Source of the DNA: Candidatus Rokuibacteriota bacterium
GTDB lineage: Bacteria > Methylomirabilota > Methylomirabilia > Rokubacteriales > CSP1-6
Assembly (NCBI GenBank): GCA_016184305.1
Contig: JACPCX010000131.1
Coordinates: forward strand, 1 to 16,406
Direction: 5' to 3'
DNA: 16,406 bases
Shown: piece after piece, positions 1 to 6,741 of the stretch
Layout of the letters: each line of letters opens with the position of its first letter
How positions within the stretch are numbered: position 1 is the stretch's first letter
Position numbers and translations under genes: made by a program
The notes under the pieces: model-generated
Told to the model about the DNA's origin: nothing
Seen by the model: only the letters and a program-made list of their open reading frames with translations
The model's database searches: none

Positions 1-236
1 AGCCACGGGATGATCCTGAGGTCCTTGTCCCGGAAGAGCAGCGTGTCGTAGATGTTCAGCAGCACGTTGTAGGCGGGCGTCTCCTCGTGCCACTGCGGGT
101 CGAGCGTCGTCGGGTCCACGCCCTGGGCGATGACGACCTTGCCTTCGGGCGCCGCCAGCGCGGGCGCCGTCCACACGAGGCCCAGCACCGCGCAACCCAG
201 GGCCGCGCCAAGCCAGAAGTCACCAAGTCGTTTCAT
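1..236 (-). CDS. ABC transporter substrate-binding protein, family 5 (peptide/nickel, DppA/OppA-like); 5' part only, runs off the window
   Basis: Manual translation from ATG at 236: MKRLGDFWLGAALGCAVLGLVWTAPALAAPEGKVVIAQGVDPTTLDPQWHEETPAYNVLLNIYDTLLFRDKDLRIIPW. It has a signal peptide ending ALA and the 'DPTTLDP...NIYDTL' SBP_bac_5 N-terminal motif. SD AAGGAG at 250-245. Lies directly downstream of two Dpp-type permeases. Confidence 0.9.
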   Translation of the reverse strand, partial: MKRLGDFWLGAALGCAVLGLVWTAPALAAPEGKVVIAQGVDPTTLDPQWHEETPAYNVLLNIYDTLLFRDKDLRIIPW

Positions 237-275
237 GAGTGGATCTCCTTTCGTCGGGCTTCTCCGCCTCTCCCT

Positions 276-1187
276 TCAGACGGTCAGCCGCGGGTCCAGC
301 GTGTCGCGGAGCCCGTCGCCGAAGAGGTTGATGCCGAGCACGGTCACGAGGATGGCCAGGCCCGGGAAGGTCGCGAGCCACCACGCCGTCGAGAGGTAGA
401 CGCGCCCATCCGCAAGCATGCCGCCCCAGGTCGGCGTCGGGGGCTGGACGCCGAGGCCGAGGAACGACAGCGCCGATTCGATCACGATGACCCGGGCCAT
501 GTCCAGCGTTGCCACCACGAGCCAGGGGGTGAAGGCATTGGGCAGCACGTGACGGACCAGGATGCGCCCGTCGCGGCTGCCCAGCGCGATGGCCGCCTGG
601 ACGAAGTCGCGCTCCCGGATCGAGAGCACCTCGCCTCGCACGACGCGCGCGTACACGACCCAGGAGGAGACGCCGATGACGATGATGATGTTCTGGAGGC
701 TGGGGCCGAGCACGCCGATCACCGCGATGGCCAGGAGGATGAAGGGGAAGGCGAGCTGGATGTCCGCCAGCCGCATGAAGAAGTCATCCACGCGCCCCCC
801 GAAGTAGCCCGACACGAGCCCGATGGCCATGCCGAGGACCCCCGAGATGAGCACGGCCGCCAGCCCCACCAGCAGCGCCACACGCGAGCCGTGGATGATC
901 CGCGACAGGATATCGCGCCCCAGGTGATCGGTGCCGAGCGGGTGCATGCGCCCCTGGGCGTCCTGCCAGCCGGGTTCCCTGAGCCGCTGGCCGATGTCCT
1001 GCGCCAGCGGATCGAAGGGGGCGATCAGCGGCGCGAAGGCCGCGGCGAGGAGCACGATCCCCACCACCACGAAGCCGAAGAGCGCCGTGCGCCGCCGCGC
1101 GAGGCGGGTGAGGAGCATCACCCACTCGCGCGCCGCCGGGGAGCGGGCGGGCGCCAGGGCGAGGGACTCCGCGACCCCGTTTGGCAT
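276..1187 (-). CDS. Peptide/nickel ABC transporter permease (DppC/OppC-like), 303 aa
   Basis: C-terminal part of the 276..3584 track ORF: 'HPLGTDHLGRDILSRIIHGSR', EAA-loop 'RDFVQAAIALG', 'ESALSFLGLG..PPTPTWG', 'NLFGDGLRDTLDPR'. ATG at 1187 overlaps the upstream stop (TGATG). Confidence 0.92.
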   Translation of the reverse strand: MPNGVAESLALAPARSPAAREWVMLLTRLARRRTALFGFVVVGIVLLAAAFAPLIAPFDPLAQDIGQRLREPGWQDAQGRMHPLGTDHLGRDILSRIIHGSRVALLVGLAAVLISGVLGMAIGLVSGYFGGRVDDFFMRLADIQLAFPFILLAIAVIGVLGPSLQNIIIVIGVSSWVVYARVVRGEVLSIRERDFVQAAIALGSRDGRILVRHVLPNAFTPWLVVATLDMARVIVIESALSFLGLGVQPPTPTWGGMLADGRVYLSTAWWLATFPGLAILVTVLGINLFGDGLRDTLDPRLTV

Positions 1188-2104
1188 CAGCGGAAGCGGA
1201 TCCGGGGGTCGAGGTAGGTGTAGACGATGTCCACGAGGAAGTTGACGACCACGAACGTGCTGGCGAGCAGGAAGACCGCGGCCTGGACCACGGGGTAGTC
1301 CCGGTTGAAGATCGCCTGCACGGACAGCCGGCCCACGCCGGGCCAGGCGAAGATGGTCTCGGTGATGACGGACCCGCCCAGGAGTGTGCCAAGCTCGATC
1401 CCCACGATGGTGACGATGGGGATCGAGGCGTTCCGCAGCGCGTGCTTCCACACGACGGGGGGCTCGCCCACGCCCTTGGCGCGAGCCGTGCGGATGTAGT
1501 CCTGCCCGAGCACTTCCAGCATCCCCGAGCGCGTGAGCCGCGTGATGCGCGCCGTGGTGAACAGCCCGAGGGTGATGGCCGGCAGGAGCAGGTGCTCGAG
1601 ATCCCCGCGGCCCGACGAGGGGAGCCACCCGAGCCGCACCGAGAACACGAGAATCAGCATGATGCCGAGCCAGAAGGTGGGCATGGCCTGGCCCAGGAGC
1701 GCCACGACGGTGGACACGTAGTCGATGGCGGTGTTGCGGCGGACCGCTGACACGATACCGGCCGGAATGGCCAGGCACAGGGCCAGCGCCAGGCCGGCCC
1801 CCGCCAGCTCGAAGGTCGCGGGCAGGCGCTCCACCACGAGCGCCATGGCCGGCTCGCCGTGGCGCAGCGACTCGCCGAAGTTGCCGCGCACCGCGCCCTT
1901 GAGGAAGCGCAGGTACTGCACCGCCACGGGATCGTTGAACCCCATGGACTCGCGGAACGTCGCGATGTCCTCCGCCGTGGCATCGGGCGGGAGCAGCAGC
2001 AGCGCGGGATCGCCCGTGAGGTAGAGGATGAGGAACACCACGACCGACACGCCGAGCAGCACCAGGATGGACTGCAGCAGCCGCCGGACCAGATACGCGT
2101 TCAT
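1187..2104 (-). CDS. Peptide/nickel ABC transporter permease (DppB/OppB/NikB-like), 305 aa
   Basis: 'YLVRRLLQ', 'GNFGES', 'ERLPATFEL', 'QDYIRTARAKG', 'HALRNA', 'ETIFAWPGVG', 'RDYPVVQ', 'YLDPRIR' are canonical BPD_transp_1 DppB motifs. Confidence 0.95.
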   Translation of the reverse strand: MNAYLVRRLLQSILVLLGVSVVVFLILYLTGDPALLLLPPDATAEDIATFRESMGFNDPVAVQYLRFLKGAVRGNFGESLRHGEPAMALVVERLPATFELAGAGLALALCLAIPAGIVSAVRRNTAIDYVSTVVALLGQAMPTFWLGIMLILVFSVRLGWLPSSGRGDLEHLLLPAITLGLFTTARITRLTRSGMLEVLGQDYIRTARAKGVGEPPVVWKHALRNASIPIVTIVGIELGTLLGGSVITETIFAWPGVGRLSVQAIFNRDYPVVQAAVFLLASTFVVVNFLVDIVYTYLDPRIRFR

Positions 2105-2122
2105 CGAGCGGCCACGGGTCCC

Positions 2123-3547
2123 TCAGGCCCCTCGGGACAGGCGCGCGATCACCTCGATGTGCGACGTGTGCGGGAACATGTCGACGGGCTGGACCCACTC
2201 GAGACGGTAGCCCGCCCGCACGAGCTCGGCGACGTCGCGGGCCAGCGTGGCCGGATTGCAGGACACGTACACGAGGCGCGACGGGCGCAGAGTCACCAGG
2301 GCGTGGAGCGCCTTGGGGTGGAAGCCCGCCCGCGGGGGATCCGCCACCACGACCTCCGCCGCGACGCCCTTGGCAAGAAGGGACGGCAGCGCGAACCGGA
2401 CCTCGCCCGCGAGGAAGGTGCAGTTGGCGATCCCGTTGGCCTCCGCGTTGCGCACGGCATCCGCCACGGCCGCCGGCGCCACCTCGATCCCGTAGACCCA
2501 GCGGCAGCGCCGCGCCAGGAGCAGGCTGATGGCGCCCGTCCCCGAATAGAGGTCCACCACGGTCTCGGGGCCCTCCAGGCAGGCTGATTCCAGCACGAGT
2601 TCGAAGAGCCGCTCGGCCTGCGCCGTGTTCGTCTGGAAGAACGATCCCGAGGACACCTGGAACGTCAGCCCCCCGAGGGACTCCCGGATGTGGTCGCGGC
2701 CAGCCAGGAGATGCTCCTCCACGCCGATGGCCACGCTGGCCTTCTTCGGGTTCACGGTCATCACGACGCTGGTCGTCTCGGGCACGCGCGCCTGGAGCCG
2801 CCCGGCCAGCGGCTCGAGCTCGGACACGGCCGGGGCTGCGGTGACCACGTTGACCATCGTCTCGCTGGTGCGCTTGCCCTCGCGGAGCATGAGGAAGCGG
2901 AGCAGGCCCTCGCCGCTCTCCTGGTCGTAACCCGAGAACCCGTGCTCGATGAAGAACCGGCGGGCTTCCACGAGCAGCGTGTTCATGCGGTCGGACTGGA
3001 GCAGGCACCGCTCGATGTCGAGCACCGAGTCGTACCGGTCCGCCTCGTGCAGGCCAATCACCAGGGGACGGGCACCCGGGCTGTCGCCCGCCCGTCCCGC
3101 CGTCGTCGCATGCGGCGAGGGCCGGTGGGCTGCGCGGGCGACGGTGAACTCCATCTTGTTGCGGTAGCCGTAGATCTCCGGGGCCCCGATGATCGGCCGC
3201 AGCTCGAAGGAGCCGAGACCGCCGAGGCGTTCGAGGCAGTCCGCGACTTGCTTGGACTTGAAGGCGAGCTGTGCCGGATAGGCGACGTGCTGAAGGCGGC
3301 AGCCGCCGCAACGACCGAAGTAAGGGCACGGGGCAGCCACCCGGTAGGGCGACGGGCTCTCGACCCCGGCGATGATCCCGCGTCCGAACCGGGCCCGAGC
3401 TTGGTCGAGCCGCACCTGCAGCCGGTCGCCGGGAATCCCGCCCGGCACGAAGACCACGTAGCCCTCCACGCGGCCCACGCCCTCCCCGCCGAACGCGAGG
3501 TCGTCGATGGTGACGGACACAGTGTCGCCGCGCTTGGCTCGAGCCAT
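2123..3547 (-). CDS. rlmD: 23S rRNA (uracil(1939)-C5)-methyltransferase RlmD/RumA, 474 aa
   Basis: N-terminal TRAM domain; [4Fe-4S] motif CPYFGRCGGC; 'YRNK'; 'FFQTN'; SAM motif 'DLYSGTG'; 'DPPRAG'; catalytic 'YVSCNPATLARD'; 'VDMFPHTSHIE'. Confidence 0.95.
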   Translation of the reverse strand: MARAKRGDTVSVTIDDLAFGGEGVGRVEGYVVFVPGGIPGDRLQVRLDQARARFGRGIIAGVESPSPYRVAAPCPYFGRCGGCRLQHVAYPAQLAFKSKQVADCLERLGGLGSFELRPIIGAPEIYGYRNKMEFTVARAAHRPSPHATTAGRAGDSPGARPLVIGLHEADRYDSVLDIERCLLQSDRMNTLLVEARRFFIEHGFSGYDQESGEGLLRFLMLREGKRTSETMVNVVTAAPAVSELEPLAGRLQARVPETTSVVMTVNPKKASVAIGVEEHLLAGRDHIRESLGGLTFQVSSGSFFQTNTAQAERLFELVLESACLEGPETVVDLYSGTGAISLLLARRCRWVYGIEVAPAAVADAVRNAEANGIANCTFLAGEVRFALPSLLAKGVAAEVVVADPPRAGFHPKALHALVTLRPSRLVYVSCNPATLARDVAELVRAGYRLEWVQPVDMFPHTSHIEVIARLSRGA

Positions 3548-3555
3548 GTAGCGCC

Positions 3556-3584
3556 ACTATAAAGGTGCGTCGGAGAGGAGTCAA
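3556..3584 (-). promoter_or_regulatory. sigma70 promoter of the rlmD-permease-permease-SBP unit
   Basis: Minus strand reads TTGACT (3584-3579) - exactly 17 nt - TATAGT (3561-3556), 5/6 match at both boxes in otherwise GC-rich DNA, followed 8 nt later by the rlmD ATG. Confidence 0.8.
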
Positions 3585-3605
3585 TTTGACCCCCCTTCTT
3601 CCCAG

Positions 3606-3634
3606 TAGCCGCCCGCCAGGGGGTCAAGTATCAT
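3606..3634 (+). promoter_or_regulatory. Possible sigma70 promoter of the dciA-led operon
   Basis: TAGCCG (3606-3611) - 17 nt - TATCAT (3629-3634). Good -10, weak -35, correctly placed ahead of GGAG (3653-3656) and ATG 3663. Confidence 0.45.
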
Positions 3635-3662
3635 TGGAATTCATCATGAAGTGGAGTCCGTC

Positions 3663-4172
3663 ATGACGTTGCTGCGGCCCTCCGCCCCTCAGCGTGTCGG
3701 TGACCTGCTGACCCGGGCTGTCCCCGCGCTGGGCGAGCGCATGCTCGAGGAGACGATCCGGAAGGAGTGGGCGCTGGTGGCGGGTCTGGAGGTGGCGCGC
3801 CGTTCCCAGCCGGGAGCGCTCGACCGGGGCGTACTCGAGGTGCGCGCGGACAATTCCCCGTGGCTCATGGAGATGACGATGCGGACCGGTGAGCTCCTCG
3901 GGAGCCTCCACGCCCGCTACGGGCCCCGCATCACGGCGCTCCGCTGCACGCTCGGTCCGGTGCCCCGAGTCCGGGTGTCCACGGGCAGGACGCGGCCCCT
4001 GGCTCCCGGGGCGCCCCGATTGAGCACGGAGGAAGCGCAGGAGGTCGAGACGCTCGTGGCGTCGGTGCCGGACCCGAAGGTCGCCGCCGCCCTGCGACGC
4101 CTCTTGACGAAAGACCGGCTGGCCCGCCGGCAGCGGGCCGAAGCACCGACGGGGGAGGGGTCTTCCTCATGA
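3663..4172 (+). CDS. dciA: DUF721 / DciA family replicative-helicase loader, ~169 aa
   Basis: 'W..VAG.EVARRSQP...DRGVLEVRADNSPWLMEMTMRTGELLGSL' fits the DUF721 KH-like core. GGAG SD 6 nt before ATG 3663 (the track's GTG 3651 is an alternative). The stop overlaps the next ATG (ATGA). Confidence 0.8.
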   Translation: MTLLRPSAPQRVGDLLTRAVPALGERMLEETIRKEWALVAGLEVARRSQPGALDRGVLEVRADNSPWLMEMTMRTGELLGSLHARYGPRITALRCTLGPVPRVRVSTGRTRPLAPGAPRLSTEEAQEVETLVASVPDPKVAAALRRLLTKDRLARRQRAEAPTGEGSSS

Positions 4173-5953
4173 CGAGCACTCGATGGCCTGCGGCCCTGGC
4201 CGCGATCCTCCTCCTGCTGGGCGGAGCCTCCCTCGTGACCGGCTGCGCCGCGGGGGCGCCGCGAGGACCGGGCGCCGAGGCCGCCCCCCCTGTCCCGCGG
4301 GCGCACCCCGTCGATGCCAGCGCCGAGGCGTATTACCACTTCGCCGCCGCGCAGTTGCACGCGCGGGCCGCCCGCTTCCCGGAAGCCATTGCCGAGCTTC
4401 GCCAGGCCATCCAGCGCGATCCCAAGACCGCGGCGCTGTGGGTCCAGCTCGCCCAGTGGCTGGCGCGCGCCAACGCGCCGGCCGAGGCCATCGAGGCGGC
4501 ACAGAAGGCGGTGGAGCTGGCGCCCGACAGCCAGGCCAGCCACCTCACCCTGGCCGATCTCTTCCGACGGCAGCGCAAGTTCGCCGAGGCCGAGGCCGAG
4601 CTGGAGAAGGTGATCGCTTTGTCCCCGCAGACGCCGGACGCGTACCTGGCGCTCGCCCAGCAACACTTCGAGCAGAAGGCCTACGACAAGGCCCGCGTCG
4701 TCCTCCTGCGCCTGATCGCGGGGCGTCCCGGCCTGGCCCAGGGGCACTATTTGCTCGGGCGAATCGCCATCGAGACCGAGGCGTGGGACGAGGCCATCGC
4801 CCGGCTCAAGCGCGCCACCGAGCTGGACCCCGACCAGGACGGCGCGTGGACGGCGCTGGGCTTTGTGCTCGAGCGCCAGAAGCGTCCCGAGGAGGCCGCC
4901 CAGGCCTACCGGCAGGCCATCACCGCCAACCCGGGCAACCTGACCTTCGTCGAGAGGCTGGGAGACCTGCTGCTCCGGCTCGGGCGCCTCAAGGAGGCCG
5001 AGCAGGAGATCGAGACGCTGACCGGCGCGGCGCCCCGGGATCCCCGCGTGTGGATCAAGCTCGGAGCGATCCAGTACGAGCAGAAGGAGTGGGAGCGGGC
5101 CGCCGCCGCCTTCCGGCGCGCGCTGGCGCTGGAGCCGGGGAACCTCCGGGCTCGCTACTTCCTCGCCACGACCTTCATCGAGGCCAGCAAGGACGCCGAG
5201 GCGCAGACCGAGCTCGAGCGGATCCTGAGCGCGGACCCCCGGTCCGTGGACGCCCGCGTCCAGCTCGGCTTCCTCCACAGCCGGGCGAAGCGCTATCAGG
5301 AGGCGGCCGCCATCCTGCGCGAGGCGATCAACATCGAGCCCAGGCGGCCGGAGCTCTTTCTCTACCTCGGCACGGCGCTGTACCGCGCCTCGGAGTACGA
5401 CCGGTCCGTGGCCGTCCTGCAGGAGGGGCTGTCGCTCGACGACAAGCACCGCGACCTGCACTTCCAGCTCGGGGTGGTCCGGGAGAAACAGCAGCGCTTC
5501 GAGGATGCCATCGGCGCCTTCCGGCGCGTCATCGCCATCGACCCCAAGCACGCCGAGGCGTACAACTACCTTGGCTACATGTACGCCGAGCGCGGCATCA
5601 ACCTCGGCGAGGCGGTGGACCTGATCCAGCAGGCCCTGGCGCTGGATCCCGAGAACGGCTACTTCATCGACAGCCTCGGGTGGGCCTATTACCAGCAAGG
5701 CAAGTACTCCGAGGCCCTTCGCGAGCTGCAGCGGGCGGCCGACCGGGCCAAGGAGGATCCGGAGATCTTCGATCACCTGGGCGACGCCTACCTCAAGAAC
5801 GGCCAGATCGAGGAGGCCATCTCCGCGTGGGAGAGGGCGCTCCAGGCGGACAAGGAGAACCGGACCTCGGAGTCGGTGAAGAAGAAGCTCCAGGAGGCGC
5901 GCGAGAAGCAGCTTCGGGCCAAGGGTGACGCCTCCAAGTCCGCACCGAAGTAG
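4169..5953 (+). CDS. Tetratricopeptide-repeat lipoprotein (PA4667/LbcA-like position and C-terminus), 594 aa
   Basis: Signal peptide with lipobox VTG-C26; many ~34-aa TPR units ('A...DP....W..LG'); C-terminal 'AYNYLGYMYAERG.NL.EA...I.QAL..DPENGYFIDSLGW.YY' typical of the TPR gene upstream of lolB-ispE. Confidence 0.88.
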   Translation: MTSTRWPAALAAILLLLGGASLVTGCAAGAPRGPGAEAAPPVPRAHPVDASAEAYYHFAAAQLHARAARFPEAIAELRQAIQRDPKTAALWVQLAQWLARANAPAEAIEAAQKAVELAPDSQASHLTLADLFRRQRKFAEAEAELEKVIALSPQTPDAYLALAQQHFEQKAYDKARVVLLRLIAGRPGLAQGHYLLGRIAIETEAWDEAIARLKRATELDPDQDGAWTALGFVLERQKRPEEAAQAYRQAITANPGNLTFVERLGDLLLRLGRLKEAEQEIETLTGAAPRDPRVWIKLGAIQYEQKEWERAAAAFRRALALEPGNLRARYFLATTFIEASKDAEAQTELERILSADPRSVDARVQLGFLHSRAKRYQEAAAILREAINIEPRRPELFLYLGTALYRASEYDRSVAVLQEGLSLDDKHRDLHFQLGVVREKQQRFEDAIGAFRRVIAIDPKHAEAYNYLGYMYAERGINLGEAVDLIQQALALDPENGYFIDSLGWAYYQQGKYSEALRELQRAADRAKEDPEIFDHLGDAYLKNGQIEEAISAWERALQADKENRTSESVKKKLQEAREKQLRAKGDASKSAPK

Positions 5954-6707
5954 CCTCCGCCTCGTCGCTGTCCTGCTGCTGGCCCAGGTCCTTGGCGCCT
6001 GCGCTACCGCGCCCCCCCGCCAGCTGCTGACCGCCGAGGTGGAGGCAGCCCGCAGAGTGATCGAGCAGCGCTGGCAGGCCTTCGGGGACTTCCGGAGCTT
6101 CGCCGAGATCAAGATCCAGCGCGAAGGCCACGTCCAGCAGCTGGCGGGCGTCCTGCTGCTGCGCGCCCCGGGAGCACTGCGCTTCGAGGCGCTGTCTGCC
6201 TTCGGGCCACCGATTCTCCTGGTCGGCACCGCCCCCGACCGCGTGACCATCTGGGAGGTCCTGATGAACCGGGCCTACATCCTGCCCTCCTCCCCCAGCG
6301 CCAACCGGCGCTGGCTCGGCCTGGCGCTGAGCGCGGAGGATCTGGTCGGGCTCCTCTCCGGGCGCGTCCGGCCGCTTCAGGCCCCGCTCTCCGGGGCGCT
6401 GCTGCCGCCCGATGAGCATGGCCCGTCGTTAAGCCTCACGAGTCGCGAGGGCGCCCAGCGCCTGTGGGCGGACCCCGCCACCGGGCTCGTCCGGCAGGTG
6501 GAGTACACCCAGGGGCAGAATCCGATGCGAGTCGTCATCAGCGGCGGGGGCCCCGCCGAACCGCCAGACGAGGTGACGCTGGCCTCGCTCGACGGCAAGC
6601 TGCTTGTCGCGATCAGGTACCGGAGGCCCCAGATCGACACCGGTTTCGACCCTGACCTCTTAAGGGTCACTGTGCCGGAAGGCGTGGAAATCCAAGACTT
6701 CCGTTGA
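5925..6707 (+). CDS. Lipoprotein of probable LolA/LolB-like fold (DUF4292-like) in the lolB position, 260 aa
   Basis: Lipobox LGA-C26; beta-rich 'GVLLLRAPGALRFEALSAFG..IL'; LolA-like C-terminus 'FDPDLLRVTVPEGVEI'; sits between the TPR gene and ispE. Start (GTG 5925) overlaps the TPR gene by 29 nt. Confidence 0.65.
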   Translation: MTPPSPHRSSLRLVAVLLLAQVLGACATAPPRQLLTAEVEAARRVIEQRWQAFGDFRSFAEIKIQREGHVQQLAGVLLLRAPGALRFEALSAFGPPILLVGTAPDRVTIWEVLMNRAYILPSSPSANRRWLGLALSAEDLVGLLSGRVRPLQAPLSGALLPPDEHGPSLSLTSREGAQRLWADPATGLVRQVEYTQGQNPMRVVISGGGPAEPPDEVTLASLDGKLLVAIRYRRPQIDTGFDPDLLRVTVPEGVEIQDFR

Positions 6708-6733
6708 CAGTTCGACGCAGCGCGTGTTAGGCT
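6704..6733 (+). promoter_or_regulatory. Internal sigma70 promoter for ispE-tRNA-Gln-prs-rplY-pth
   Basis: Perfect TTGACA (6704-6709) - 18 nt - TAGGCT (6728-6733), with TG at 6725-6726 (extended -10). Confidence 0.65.
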
Positions 6734-6741
6734 GCCCTGCC

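Noticed and set aside
276..3584. 1102-aa minus-strand ORF suggesting a giant fusion protein
   Set aside because: Only the last 303 codons are protein-like (DppC-type permease). The rest is an Arg/Gly/Pro-rich off-frame shadow of rlmD and the DppB-type permease, as expected from stop-codon scarcity in GC-rich DNA.
3586..3627. TTGACC boxes (plus 3586-3591, minus 3627-3622) as extra -35 elements, or the inverted repeat as a terminator or MITE
   Set aside because: Neither box has a -10 at 16-18 nt, there is no U-tract and no target-site duplication is evident. Kept only as a possible operator.
4300..5860. Periodic similarity within the TPR gene as a DNA repeat or CRISPR array
   Set aside because: The periodicity is at protein level (34-aa TPR units). 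There are no identical direct repeats with spacers and no cas genes.
3917..6250. 777-aa antisense ORF, plus other long antisense ORFs (7493-8782, 10151-12556, 12169-14142, 14535-16367)
   Set aside because: They mirror well-identified sense genes, have no recognisable motifs, and are the standard antisense shadows of GC3-biased coding.
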